Counted from the first letter of the stretch, positions 31,656 through 43,854 are shown. The stretch is DNA of 64,000 nucleotides from an uncultured Chloroflexia bacterium (GCA_963810095.1 CAWEMM010000006.1:1536001-1600000); one strand, 5' to 3'. The notes: generated by a model from the sequence alone, not told the origin. A program made the numbers and translations.

Positions 31656-33085
31656 TTACCGCACCTTGATCTCCACGAACGTGCTCATGCCCCACCGCAG
31701 CCCCGCATCGGCCGGCAGGTTGAGGTCAACCAGGACGTCGTAGATCTTGTCACCCCGGCGTTCGATGGCCAGCGGCGCGATGCGCGTCACTTTGCCCTCA
31801 AACTCCCGATCGGGCAGGGCGTCGACGGTGACTTTGACGGGCTGATCCGTGCGGACCAGGGCCACGTCTCCCTCTGCCAAATCCTCCGTGCGAACGCGCA
31901 GGCGCGTAAGATCGCCCAGGCGCAGGATCGGCACCTGGGGCGTAACCAGTTCGCCCTGGTCTACCAAGACCTCGCCGATTGTGCCGGCAAAGGGTGCGCG
32001 CAGGGCGCCGTCGTCCAATGCGTTGCGGGCAGCGCTTACGGCAGCCTCGGCCCGTGCAACTTCGGCCTCCGCGGCGGCGAGGTCTTCCACGCGCGTGCCG
32101 GCTTTAATCAGGTCAAGCTGGGCCTGCGCCTGGAGAACCTGTGCCTTGGCGCTTTCAGCCTGGCTCTGGGCCTGGTCTACCTGGGCCTCGGCGATCTTGA
32201 CGCCGGCCTCGGCACGCTGCGCCTGGGCCCGGGCCTGGGCCACCTGGCCCGCGGCCGTCTGCACCCCCGCCTGCGCCTGGGATAGTCCCCGCGGGCGGCG
32301 GCGATCTCGGGCCGGCTGGCGCCGCGCTTCAGGTCGGCCAGCCGGGCGGCGGCCGCGTTGTAAGCATTTGTGGCCCGCTCCAGCTCCAGCGCCTGCTGTG
32401 ATGCCCCGACGTCCGCGCTGCCCCGGATCCTGTCGTAGGCGGCCTGGGCAACCTGCATGGCCGCTTTAGCGTTGTCAACGTCGTTCTGCGCGGCGATCAG
32501 CGCACCCGGCGCGGCGCCTTGCGACACCTTGTCCAGGTTGGCCTGGGCTGCGGCCACGGCAGCCTGGGCTGCGGCTTGGCTGCCGAGTGCGACGTCCACT
32601 GCGCTTGCGGCGGCGAGTTGATCTGCCTTGGCGGCTGTCACGTTGCCTTCGGCAACGATCTTGGCCCGTTCGGCAGTCGTCGCGCCGGCCTCCGCGATCC
32701 GGAGGCCGGCCTGCGCCGTCGCGATCTCTTCCGGACGTGCGCCGGCTTTGGCCTTGGCAAGCCCTGCCTGCGCCAGCTTCAGCCCGGCCTCGGCGTTCGA
32801 CCGCGCTTGCTGGAGGTCGCGGGTGTCAATGCGGGCGAGCTCCTGCCCCGCCTGGACCTCGTCCCCCGCGGAGACGAGGATTTCGACCAGGCGGCCCGAC
32901 GCCTGCATGCTGAGCGCAGCTTCCTGAATAGGAACGACGACACCGGTTGCCGAGACGACGTCCACGTCGGCGGCCGGCGTCGGGGCAGCCTGATCCCCGG
33001 GAGGGGCCGCCGCCGGCGCAGGCTGGCAGCCCGCCAGGCTTGCGATGAGAATGGCGGCCACGACGAAAATGCGTAGTGACGGCAT
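31656..33085 (-). CDS. HlyD/MacA-type efflux adaptor lipoprotein; frameshift near 32285
   Basis: Lipobox LAGC, SGRLVEILV..GD.V..GQ.LARID, long Ala-rich coiled coil, LRAPFAGTI, LRWGMS. Confidence 0.88.
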
Positions 33086-33106
33086 CTTAGTGACTCCTCC
33101 GGTGGG

Positions 33107-35713
33107 CTACTCGAACTGGATGGCTTCGATGATGCGTACCCGCGCTGCGCGGCGAGCCGGCCAGAACGCGGCCACTTGCGACACGACGAGCGCGATGATC
33201 AGGCTGACCAGCACCCCGGCCAGCGGCATCGTGTACTCGAGCTTGAAACCCGCCATTTGATTGATACTGCCCAGCATGCTGCGCGAGACCAGCACGCCGA
33301 ACGCCAGGCCGAGCACCGCGCCGACGATGCCCATGAGTCCGGCTTCGGCCAGGATCATCCGGCCGATCTGCGCCTTGGTCATGCCCAGGCTGCGGAGCAT
33401 TCCGATCTCTCGGGTGCGCTCGAAAACGTTCATGCTAAGGGTGTTGATAACCCCCAGCGCGGCCACCAGCATGGTGATGATGGACATGACGTCGAACAGG
33501 CTGGTCGTCTGGGTGATCAGCCGCAGGGCGCGCGAGCGGATCGCCTCGTTCGACTCGACCGTGAGATGCTGCCGGGCGCCGTACAACCGGTCGATCCGGT
33601 CGCGCACCGTCGCGCGGGCTCTCCCCTGGCTCTGTGCGCAGCAGGAACGCGTTTACATCGTCCACGCCGAAGTAGCGCTTGGCGTCTTTCCAGCTTGTCT
33701 GCATGACAAGGCCCTGGTTGTAGAAGTCCACCACGACGGCCGCGATGGTGAAATCGTGCTGGCCCCGACGGGTGGCGAGGCGGATCGTATCGCCTTGGTG
33801 CAGGCCGTATTTCTCGGACAGCACGCTTGAGATAAAGACCGTATTGCCCGGCGGCGAGCCGGGCGGCCAGGCGGGCGGGGTCCCCCTGCTCGCCGCTGAA
33901 CACAAACGAGGTCACCTGGCGATAGGAGTCGGGGTCGACGGCCATCAACACGAGGCGCTCATCTCCGCCCGTTGCGAGCACCCGTTTGACGTCGAGGTAG
34001 CGGATCGGCGTGACTGCCTCGACCCCATCAACTTCGGCGATGCTGCGCCCTAACTCGGCGCTGCATGGGCAGCGACGAGTGCACGTAGACATCGCCGCCG
34101 ATGTAGCGCTCGATCCACGACTGGATATCGCCGCCGAACGCCGCGGTGATCGCCCGTATGCTGAGAAGCATCGCGATCCCTGTCATCAGCGCGGCGACGG
34201 TCAGCGCGGTGCGCAGGCGGGCGCGCTGGACATTACGGCTCCCAAGTTGGCCTGCGGGCCCATAAAGGCGGTGCAGCAGCGGCCGCAGTAGTCGCTCGCC
34301 GGCCGTCACGGCAACGGGAATGAGGAACAAGCCGCCAAGAAAGAGGTTCATCACGAACATCTGGCGCATCTGTTCCTGCGCTGCGCCCTCGCCGGGCATG
34401 AACGCCAACGCCGCAAGCGATAGGACCAGGACCGCGATGCCCGCAATCCAACCGCGGCGGACGAACCACCCTTCCTTCGAGGCGCCTCGCACCCGCAGCG
34501 CCTCGAGGGGCGAGATGCGGCTGGCCTGCCGGGCGGGGATGGCGGCGGCCGCCAACGTGACGCCTACGCCCACCAGCAGGGCGGAAATAAGGCCGCTCAG
34601 AGGCACCTGGAGGTCCTGCACTTCCTGGGCCACCACGACTTCCATGACCTTCATCAGCCCCTGCGAAAGCGCCAGCCCCGCGGCGAGTCCGAGCACCGAG
34701 CCGGCGACGCCGATCATTGCCGCTTCGGCCAGGATCTGGCCTAGCACCTGGCGCCGCGTCATGCCCAATGCCCGGAGCATGCCGATCTCGCGGGTGCGCT
34801 CGACCACGGTCATCGAGAACGCGTTGTAGACCAGGAAGCCCCCGACGAACAGCGCGATGGCGCTGAACATATTCAACCCCATCTGGTAGCCGGTAAGCAT
34901 CTGCGACACCCGCTCGCCCTGTGCGGCGGGGTACGTAACGGTGTATCTGGGGCCCAGGCGGGCCTGCAGCCGAGACTTGAGCTCGGCCAGGGCCGCACCC
35001 GACGAAGCTTCGGGCCGCGCGACGACGTCGACCTGGTCTAGGTCGCCTGAGCGCAGGAAGATGTCTTCGGCGGTCTGGAGGGGGACCGCGCCGAATGCAC
35101 CGCTGTTAAGCTGGCCGGGGCCGTCTTTGTCCATCAGGCCCACGACCTTCAGCCGGACGGTGCCGGACGGCGTGACAAGCGCGACCTCGTTGCCCACGCG
35201 GATTTTCTTCTCGTCCGCGTAGTTTTTGACGAGCACGATATCGTAGGCGCTGCGGTTTGGCCCCAGGAACTGCCCTTCGAGGATCTTGTAGTCGCGCGCT
35301 TGCCGGTCCACCGTGGGATCGACACCGTAGAGCAGCAGCCCGCCGCCGACGGCGCCGAAGAAGCTGAGGTTGACCTGGGTGGGCGAGGCCTCGTCGGCCA
35401 GGAGGGCTTGGCCACGCATGACGGGGACCAGCGCCCCGACCCCCGCCGCTTGCTCGATCCGGTTAAGCGCGTCGGAGGCGAAGCCTTGCGCGCTCTCGTC
35501 TGCCGCGGTAATTACGAGGTGGGCTTTGCCCGATGCCTGGGTGAAGACTTCGGTGATGGCATGCAGCGTGCTGACGTTCGTGGTGTTGATGGCGAGGATG
35601 ACCGCAACGCCGAGGACGACGCCGAATAGCGTCGGCACCGTGCGTAGCGGCCGCGCGGCAAGAGAGCGCCACGCCATGGCGATCGTGCGACGGGCTGCGA
35701 TGAATCCGGTCAT
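33107..35713 (-). CDS. MacB/FtsX-family ABC exporter permease (duplicated); frameshifts near 34065, 33840 and 33610
   Basis: Two ERTREIGMLR.LGMT..Q motifs, PAR.A.R, large periplasmic domains. Confidence 0.9.
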
Positions 35714-35732
35714 GTCTGCCTATCGTGTCTGA

Positions 35733-36486
35733 CTAAGTCTGCAGGTCTTCCATCGTGGCATTTACGGCATGCAGGCGCTGGCTCATATCCTGCATCCCAT
35801 CGACGCGCAGGTCGCACCGCACTGCGCCATCCCTGAGAAAGACGACGCGGTCTGCATACGTGGCCGCCCGCGGGTCATGCGTCACCATGACGATCGTTTG
35901 GCCCAACTCGTCGCACGAGCGACGAAGGAGCTCCATCACTGCGGTCCCTGTCTTCGAGTCGAGGTTGCCGGTAGGCTCGTCCGCGAGGACAATGGCAGGC
36001 TCGGTGACCAGTGCGCGGGCAATCGCGACGCGCTGCTGCTCGCCGCCCGACAGCTGATCTGGCTTGTGGGTCCGCCGGCCAGTGAGGCCCACGAGATCCA
36101 ACAGCCGGTCGATCCGCTCGCGAAACTTCGCCGCGCTCTGATTAGCGATGAGGAGCGGCAGGGTGATGTTTTCTTCGGCCGTCAGTGTAGGGAGGAGGTT
36201 GTAGAACTGGAAGATGAAGCCGATGTTGTGGCGTCTGGCCAGCGTCGCCTGGTTATCGTCGAGGCCCGAGAAGCGCAGTCCGGCGAGCGTGATGTCGCCA
36301 CCTGAAGGCCGGTCGAGCCCCCCCAGCAGGTGCAAGAGCGTCGACTTCCCGCTCCCCGAGGGGCCCATAATCGCAACGAACTCGCCGCGTTCGACCGAGA
36401 AGTCGACTCCGGCCAGCGCGATCACGACGTGATCCGGCCGACCCGTACTGTTTTTGGAGGTCTGAAGCTTCGAGGATGGACATCAT
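35733..36486 (-). CDS. ABC transporter ATP-binding protein (LolD/MacB type); frameshift near 36430
   Basis: [14 protein letters not shown] joined to [47 protein letters not shown]. Confidence 0.93.
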
Positions 36487-36511
36487 TGTACCTTCCGCCA
36501 CGAATTGTGGC

Positions 36512-36541
36512 ATTGTATAGCCAGTATATAGGTGTTGTCAA
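36512..36541 (-). promoter_or_regulatory. Sigma70-type promoter for the ABC/HlyD/dikinase/PlsY operon
   Basis: Minus strand TTGACA, 18 nt, TACAAT. Confidence 0.6.
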
Positions 36542-36755
36542 CCCGTGACGGTGAGGCAGCATGTAATGCAATAACGCGGCGGGTTTTGTGGAGCGGAGAC
36601 CGGGCGCGGATAGCGAAGCTTTGCATCCGCCCTCACTTGGCGCGATTGTGCCTCTGTGGTACAAATAAGGTCGTGACACAGCGCGGCATGTCTTCTGCCT
36701 GCCACCACGTCCTGACAGCCGCTGCGAATAGTCCTCACGCGAAGGAGCAGAGGAA

Positions 36756-38901
36756 ATGATTCACGAACCGCTATGTACTCCAGGTGTGCCCTGCCGCTAC
36801 GGCTTCTGGAACATTCCTGCCCCGCTCGAGATTGTCTTCTACGCCAGCATGGCGATTGCAGTGGCCCTCCTGATCTGGGGCATCGTGCGGCGTGTGGTGT
36901 TGTGGCGCCGTGCCCAACCTGAGTTCGGCCTCGACCATCCCATCCAGCGCCTGGGTCGGGTCGTCAAGTACGGGGTCGTGCAGGTTAAGATCCTGCGCGA
37001 ACGCTATCCGGGCACGTTTCACCTCGCCTTATTCTGGGGCATGGTCGTTCTCTTCATCGGGACCGTGTTGGCCACGATCGACAGCGACGTCTTCGAGCTT
37101 TTCTTCGACGCCAAACTGCTCCAAGGCCCCTTCTACGTCTTCTACAAGGTCGTTCTTGACCTGGCGGGCCTCGGGTTTCTTGTCGGCCTCGGCATGGCGA
37201 TGTACCGCCGCTACATCGTGCGCCCGCCCCGGCTGAACATCGACTGGCGCTTCAACCTGACGGAGCCGCTCCTTGGCTTCATCATTATCACCGGCTTCCT
37301 GATTGGCGCGCTGCGCCTGGCGGTGATGGATCCGCCCTGGGGCCCGGCGCAGATCGTCGCCTATCCGATCAGCCGGCTGCTGCAGGGCGCGCCGGCAGAG
37401 GCGCTGCTAGTGGCGCACCGGTCGATGTGGATCACGCATTACCTGATCGTCGCCCTATTCTTCGCGGTCATCCCGTACACGAACCTCTTCCACATCTTCT
37501 CGTCGCCCGCCAACATCTTCGTGGCCCCGTTCCGCAAGCGGGGTGCGCTGTGGCCGATCAAGGACCTGGAGCAGGCGGAGCAACTGGGCGCGGCGAAGCT
37601 CACCGACTTTGCGTGGCCCCGGCTGGCGAACTTCGATGCGTGCACCGAGTGCGGGCGCTGCCAGGACGTCTGCCCGGCGTTCGCGGCCCTCGAGCCCCTC
37701 AACCCGAAGTACGTCATTCTGAACCTGCGCGACTACATGACCGAGCAGCAAGCGCAGCTGCGCAAGCTGCCCGCCGCAGAAGCGAGTGGCGACCAGCGGC
37801 GATGGCAGCCAGGCCGCCGAGGCCCCCAAGGCGGCGAGTGACGGAACTGATAAATCCAACGGCCGGCGCATGGTAGGCGACATAATCACCCCCGAGGTGC
37901 TCTGGGCCTGCACCACCTGCATGCACTGCGTGTACGAGTGCCCGGTGCTGATCGAGCACGTGGACGCGATCGTCGACATGCGCCGGCAGCTGGCGCTGAT
38001 GGAAGGCAACGTGCCGCCCAGCCTGGGCACGACCTTGACCAACATCGAGCGCGCCGGCAACCCCTGGAAGCAGCCGAAGCGCAAGCGGGCAGCGTGGGCG
38101 CAGGCGCTGGACTTCGAAGTCCCCATCATGGCAAACGTGGGCGAGGCCGACGTGCTGTGGTGGGTGGGCTGTGCCGGGTCATACGACCCGCGCAACCAGA
38201 AGGTGACCCGGGCGCTGGCGAAGATCATGTATGAAGCGGGCGTGAATTTCGCGATCCTGGGTGAAGAAGAAACCTGCAACGGCGACCAGGCGCGACGGGC
38301 GGGCAACGAGTACCTGTTCCAGCAGCTGGCGAGCCAGAACATCGAGACGATGAACCAGTACAAGTTCAAAACCATCGTCACCCAGTGCCCCCACTGCTTC
38401 AACGTGCTGCAAAACGAGTACCCGCAGATGGGGGGCAACTACCAGGTGCTGCACCACTCGCAGTTTATCCAGAAGCTGCTGGACGACGGCGACGTCCGTG
38501 TGCGGCGCACGGCCGGCGGACACGAGACGCTGACCTACCATGACCCGTGCTACCTGGGCCGGTACAATGACATCTACGACGCGCCCCGCGAGGTCGCGAC
38601 GTCCAGCGGAAAGTCGTTGATCGAGATCCCGCGCTCGCGCGATATGTCGATGTGCTGCGGTGGCGGCGGCGCGCGCGTCTGGATGGAGGACGAGGGCGAG
38701 GTGCGGGTGAACCGCAACCGGATGGCGCAGATCATGGAGACCGGGCAGGAGGATGTCGCGGTGGCGTGCCCCTTCTGCATGATCATGCTGGAGGACGCAC
38801 GGGGCGCGCTAGATGCGGAGAACGTGCAAATCCGGGACATCGCCGAGATCGTGGCCGAGAACCTTATCGAGACGCGGAAGGAACCGGCGCCCGAAGCCTG
38901 A
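36756..38901 (+). CDS. FadF-like membrane Fe-S oxidoreductase (NarI-like TM region + 4Fe-4S + two CCG domains); frameshift near 37800
   Basis: CTECGRCQDVCP, WACTTCMHCVYECP, WVGCAGSYD, EETCNGD, CPHC, YHDPCYLGR, CCGGGG, ACPFC. Confidence 0.88.
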
Positions 38902-38915
38902 CCCGGAGGAGCCAG

Positions 38916-40013
38916 ATGTTCAAGCGGATCTTGTTTCCCGGAAAGTACATCCAGGGTGCGGGCGCTCTGGCCGAGTTGCCGGTGCTCGTCAAGCTGTTCG
39001 GCGCGCAAGGGCTGATCCTTGCTTCGCCCACGGCCCAGCAGAATATTCTTCCCGCGAGCGGCCTCGACCTCGCTGCTCACTGTTTGCCCGTGGAGCGCTT
39101 CGGGGGGGAGTGCAGCGAGAAGGAGCTGGCGCGGCTGGGCGCAATTATCGAGCAGCGCGGCGTCGACGTCCTGGTCGCAATGGGTGGTGGGAAGACGATC
39201 GACACGGCAAAGATCGCCGCGGATCGGGCCAACATCCCCGTGATCGTCGTGCCGACGATCGCGTCGACGGACGCGCCGACGAGCGGCTGCGCCGTGGTGT
39301 ATTCGGAGCAGGGCGTCTTCGAGACGACGTATTACCAGAAGCTCAACCCGGCGGCCGTCCTCGTCGACACGGACGTCATCGTCAAGGCGCCCGTCCGCTT
39401 TCTCGTTTCGGGCATGGGCGACGCATTGGCCACCTGGTTCGAAGCCGCGTCGTGCAGCCAAACGCAATCGCGTAACGAGTGCGGCGGCCTCGGCACGATG
39501 ACCGCGCTCGCCATCGCTAAGCTGTGTTACGACACGCTGCTGCAATACGGACCCGCCGCAAAGATTGCCGCGGAGAGGCAGATAGTCACACCGGCGGTCG
39601 AACGCGTCGTGGAGGCGAACATCCTGCTGAGTGGGGTCGGGTTTGAAAGCGGCGGCCTCGCAAGTGCGCACTCCATCCACAACGGGCTGACGGCGCTGGA
39701 AGAGACACATGCCTATTTCCACGGCGAGAAGGTCGGGTTCGGCCTCTTGGCCGGGCTCCAGCTCACCGACGCCCCCCAGGCCGTGTCGTCCGAGGTCTTC
39801 TCCTTCTGCGAAGAGGTGGGCTTGCCCACCACCCTCCAGGATATAGGGCTCGGGGCTGTCGACCGGGTCCGGCTGATGCGCGCGGCGGAGAAGGCTTGCG
39901 CGCCGGGTGAGTTCATCCACCATGAAGCCGGCGAGATGACGCCGGCGAAAGTGTGTGATGCCATGTTGGCGGCCGATGCCATCGGGCAGTTCCGGAAGAA
40001 GATGAAACACTAA
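38916..40013 (+). CDS. gldA: Glycerol dehydrogenase
   Basis: FPGKYIQGAG, FGGECS, GGGKTIDTAK, PTIASTDAP, GDALATWFEA, GFESGGLASAHSIHNGLT, HGEKV. Confidence 0.93.
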   Translation: MFKRILFPGKYIQGAGALAELPVLVKLFGAQGLILASPTAQQNILPASGLDLAAHCLPVERFGGECSEKELARLGAIIEQRGVDVLVAMGGGKTIDTAKIAADRANIPVIVVPTIASTDAPTSGCAVVYSEQGVFETTYYQKLNPAAVLVDTDVIVKAPVRFLVSGMGDALATWFEAASCSQTQSRNECGGLGTMTALAIAKLCYDTLLQYGPAAKIAAERQIVTPAVERVVEANILLSGVGFESGGLASAHSIHNGLTALEETHAYFHGEKVGFGLLAGLQLTDAPQAVSSEVFSFCEEVGLPTTLQDIGLGAVDRVRLMRAAEKACAPGEFIHHEAGEMTPAKVCDAMLAADAIGQFRKKMKH

Positions 40014-40042
40014 ACGAAGCGTCAGGTGAAAGTGTCCGCTGC

Positions 40043-40077
40043 CACGTGCCCGGCACTGCCAAAGTGCCGGGCACGTG
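40043..40077. repeat. 15-bp inverted repeat downstream of gldA (GTGCC..GGCAC type)
   Basis: CACGTGCCCGGCACT-gccaa-AGTGCCGGGCACGTG. Confidence 0.6.
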
Positions 40078-40147
40078 ACGCAAGCTCATCTTGGGACTGA
40101 CCGGGCACCTGCGGCCCTCCTGCCGCCGGCCCGGTTCCCCGCACCCT

Positions 40148-40180
40148 GACCGCAAAGAGTATTACAGACTCTTTGCGGTC
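40148..40180. promoter_or_regulatory. Perfect 13-bp inverted repeat upstream of E1 alpha (operator or terminator)
   Basis: GACCGCAAAGAGT-attacag-ACTCTTTGCGGTC, 33 bp before the ATG. Confidence 0.5.
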
Positions 40181-40213
40181 TTTACTCTAAGCTTCCTCTG
40201 CTAGGGAGGGAGC

Positions 40214-41242
40214 ATGCCTGCATTGACCGCGCAACAATTCATTACCCGCGACCATGCCGCTGCGCTGACGGCCGAACAACAGCTCGACATGTACGAAGCC
40301 ATGCTGCAAGCCCGCAAGCTCGACGAGCGGATGTGGGTGCTGCACCGGCAGGGGAAGGTCGCGTTTCATATTTCTGGCATGGGCCAGGAGGCGTGCCAGG
40401 TGGGCGCGGCCTTTGCCATGGAGCGCGGCAAAGACTGGCTGCACCCCTACTATCGCGACATGGCCTTTGTGCTGGCCCTCGGCATGACCCCCCGGCACCT
40501 CATGCTGGCGCTGTTCGGCAAAGCAGAAGATCCAAGCTCGGGCGGCCGGCAGATGCCCTCCCATTTCGGCTACGCGCCCAGCCGCATCGTCTCCGGTTCG
40601 AGCCCGGTGGCCACGCAGTGCCCGCAGGCGGCGGGCATCGCCTTTGCAGCCAAGCTGCGCGGGCTGGACGAAGTGGTTTTCGTCTGCCTGGGCGAGGGCA
40701 GCACGAGCCAGGGCGACTTTCACGAGGCGCTCAACTGGGCCGGCATCCACGACCTGCCGCTCATCACGTTGGTGCAGAACAACCAATACGCGATCTCGGT
40801 GCCCCTCGAAAAGCAGATGCCCGTGCCTAACGTGGCGGACCGCGGCGACGCATACGGGATGCCGGGCGTGATGTACGACGGCAACGACATCTACGAGTGC
40901 TACAACGTGGCGCGCGAGGCCGTGCTGCGGGGCCGACGCGGCGAGGGGCCGACGCTGCTGGAGGCGAAAACCTACCGGCCGACACCGCACTCGTCGGACG
41001 ACGACGACCGCTCTTACCGCAGCCGTGACGAGGTCGAGATGTGGAAGAAGCGGGACCCCCTGCTGCGCATGGAGAAGACGCTGCGCGAGCGCGGCATCCT
41101 CGAAGACGCCGAGCAGGGGCGCATCCTGAACCGCGTCATGTCCAAGGTGGACGACGCGACCGAGTACGCGCAGCGCGCGCCCTACCCCCGCGGCGAGGAC
41201 GCCATGCACCCGGTGTTTGGAGGGCTGCCCCATGCCGGTTAA
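40214..41242 (+). CDS. bkdA1: 2-oxoacid (probably branched-chain) dehydrogenase E1 alpha
   Basis: RQGK, GQEA, PYYRD, GRQMPSH, SSPVATQ, GEGSTSQGDFHE..N, NNQYAIS, HSSDDD. Confidence 0.9.
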   Translation: MPALTAQQFITRDHAAALTAEQQLDMYEAMLQARKLDERMWVLHRQGKVAFHISGMGQEACQVGAAFAMERGKDWLHPYYRDMAFVLALGMTPRHLMLALFGKAEDPSSGGRQMPSHFGYAPSRIVSGSSPVATQCPQAAGIAFAAKLRGLDEVVFVCLGEGSTSQGDFHEALNWAGIHDLPLITLVQNNQYAISVPLEKQMPVPNVADRGDAYGMPGVMYDGNDIYECYNVAREAVLRGRRGEGPTLLEAKTYRPTPHSSDDDDRSYRSRDEVEMWKKRDPLLRMEKTLRERGILEDAEQGRILNRVMSKVDDATEYAQRAPYPRGEDAMHPVFGGLPHAG

Positions 41243-42216
41243 GAGCAACATCGAGGCGTTGCGCGAGACGATGGCCGCGGAAATGCGCCGCGACCCGACG
41301 ATCATCATAACCGGCGAGGACGTTGGCCAGCGCGGCGGCGTGTTTCGCGCGACCGAGGGCCTGTTTGCCGAGTTTGGGCCGAGCCGGGTGATCGACAGCC
41401 CGCTTTCTGAGCTATCCATCGTCGGCGTCGGTATCGGCATGGCGCTTAACGGCATCCGGCCGATCTGCGAGATCCAGTTCGCCGACTTCATCCACCCCGC
41501 GTTCAACCAGATCGTCAACGAGGCCGCCAAGATGCGCTACCGCTCGAACGGCCAATTTTGCGTGCCGATGGTGATCCGCGCGCCGTACGGCGGTGGGATC
41601 AGCGGCGCGCTGTATCACTCGCAGTCGATCGAGGCGATCTTCTGCCACACGCCCGGCCTGTATGTCCTGGCGCCGAGCACGCCGTACGATACTGCGGGCC
41701 TGCTGCGCAGCGCGCTGCGCGCGCCCGACCCCGTGCTGTTCCTGGAGCACAAGAAGCTGTACCGGGCGGTCAAGGGTGAGGTGCCGGACGGGCGACTTTT
41801 TTGTGCCCATCGGCAAGGCCGACGTCAAGCGGCCGGGCGAGGACTTGACCATCATTGCCTACGGCCTGATGCTGCACGAATCGCTGAAGGCGGCCGAGGT
41901 GTTGGCACGGGAGGGCGTGAGCGTGGAAGTGCTCGACCTGCGCACCCTCTCGCCGCTGGATAAAGAGGCGATTCTGACCTCGGTTAAGAAGACGGGCAAG
42001 GTCCTGATCGTATACGAGGACAACTACACGGGCGGGCTGGGCGGAGAGGTTGCGGCCATCGTCGCCGAGAACGCGTTCGAGCACCTCGACGGCCCGATCA
42101 CGCGCCTGGCCGGGCCGGATATCCCCGCGATGCCGTTCAGCCACCCGATGCAGGATTTCTTCCTGCCGAATGCGGAGAAGATCGCCGCCGCGGCCCGCAC
42201 GCTGGCCGCGTACTAG
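41232..42216 (+). CDS. bkdA2: 2-oxoacid dehydrogenase E1 beta; frameshift near 41790
   Basis: GEDVG..GGVFR, DSPLSE, EIQFADF, YHSQS, FLEHKKLY, DLRTL.PLD. Confidence 0.9.
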
Positions 42217-42225
42217 GAGCCTGCC

Positions 42226-43784
42226 ATGCCAACGAAGGTCATCATGCCGCAGCTCGGCGAGTCGGTTGTCGAGGGCACCGTCGGCCATTGGCTGGTCCAG
42301 GAGGGCCAGCCCGTCAAGGAATACGAGCCCCTGTTGGCCGTGACGACGGACAAGGTCGATACGGAGATTCCCGCGCCGGCCAGCGGCATCCTGCTGAAGG
42401 TGTATGTCGGCGAAGGCCAGACCGTCGCGGCAGGCACGTTGTTGGCCGAAATCGGGACCGCCGAGGAAGCGCCCGCGGCCAGCCCGGAGCAAGGCAACGG
42501 CCACGCCGGCGGGCAGCCGGCGCAGCGCGACGGGGCCCTCACGCCCCAACCCGCGGGTGCAGCGGAGGGCCGATCAGGTTCGACGCCTGTGGCGCAGCGC
42601 ATGGCGGCCGAGCACGGCATCGACCTGGACCAGGTGCCTGGCACGGGGCCGGGCGGGCGGGTGACCAAGGAGGACGTCGAGGCGTTCTTGGCCGCGACGG
42701 AGGGCGTCGAGGAGCAGCGCCCGGGAGCGAGTTCGCTCGCGGGCGGGTTCATTTCGCCGGCCGTGGGACGCCTCGCGGCCGAGATGGGCGTGGATCTCTC
42801 CGAGGTCGTCGGAACGGGCGCGGGTGGGCGCATTACCAAGAAGGATGTGCTCGCGTACGTGGCGACGCCGTCGCCACGAGGTGAAGCCGCAGCCGCAAGC
42901 GACGGGGAGCTCGCGCCGTGGGAGCGACCCGGCACAGGCGATCTCTTTAAGCCCACGGACGAGATGGGGCGGGAAGAGTCACAGCCCGCTGCGCCGCAGC
43001 CAGTGCGGCCGCTGGCCCAGTCGCCCACATCGCACCCGCGCGCCGTGTCGGCCGCAACGGCCAGCGCGACGCTTGACTCCGAGCTGGTGCCGATGTCGGC
43101 CGTACGCAAGAGCATCGCGAAGCACATGCTGCGTCAGCAAGCAGACATCGCCCCATGTGACTACGGTCATGGAGGCGGACCTCACGCGGGTCGTCGAAGG
43201 CGCGCGAGCGGCTGAAGGGCGAGTTCGAACGGCAGGGCGTGCGCCTCACTTTCACCCCGTTCTTCGTGCAGGCGATCGTGGCGGGGCTCAAGGCCCAGCC
43301 CGAGGCGAACAGCACGTTTAGCGAGGATGGCTTGCTCGTTCACCGGCGGATCCATGTCGGGATGGCGGTCGCGATCCCCGACGGACTGATCGTGCCCGTG
43401 ATCCGTGATGCGGACGAGCGCAGCTTGCTGGGGCTGGCACGGGCTGTGAACGACCTGGCCGAGCGCGCTCGCATGAGGAAGCTTGCGCCGGAGGAGGTTC
43501 AAGGGGGCACCTTCACGCTCACCAACCACGGCACCGCGGGCAGCCTGTTCGCCACGCCGATCATCAACCAGCCGCAGGCCGGCATCCTGGGCGTCGGCGC
43601 GATCGAAAAGCGGGCGGTCGTGCTCAGCCAGGGGCACCCGCTGCTGCCGGATGCGGACGACGTAATCGCCATCCGGCCGATGGCCTATCTGAGTTTCACG
43701 TTTGACCATCGTGTGCTCGACGGGCGGGGCGCGGACGGGTTCCTGGCCGCTGTGAAAGCGTTCCTGGAAGCCTACAAGGATTGA
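42226..43784 (+). CDS. bkdB: Dihydrolipoamide acyltransferase E2; frameshifts near 43135-43205
   Basis: MPQLGESV, lipoyl TDKVDTEIP, two E1/E3-binding domains, GGTFTLTN, PIINQPQ, FDHRVLDG. Confidence 0.9.
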
Positions 43785-43803
43785 GTTCCGACAGAGAAGC
43801 GAG

Positions 43804-43854
43804 GAGAAACCAGGCTTCGTGCGAGCTTCGCTCGCTTCGAGAAACCTGGTTTCT
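43804..43854. repeat. GAAACC-N-GGTTTCT short palindrome pair
   Basis: GAGAAACCAGGCTTC...GAGAAACCTGGTTTCT; related copies at 52759-52791 and 53986-54000. Confidence 0.65.
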
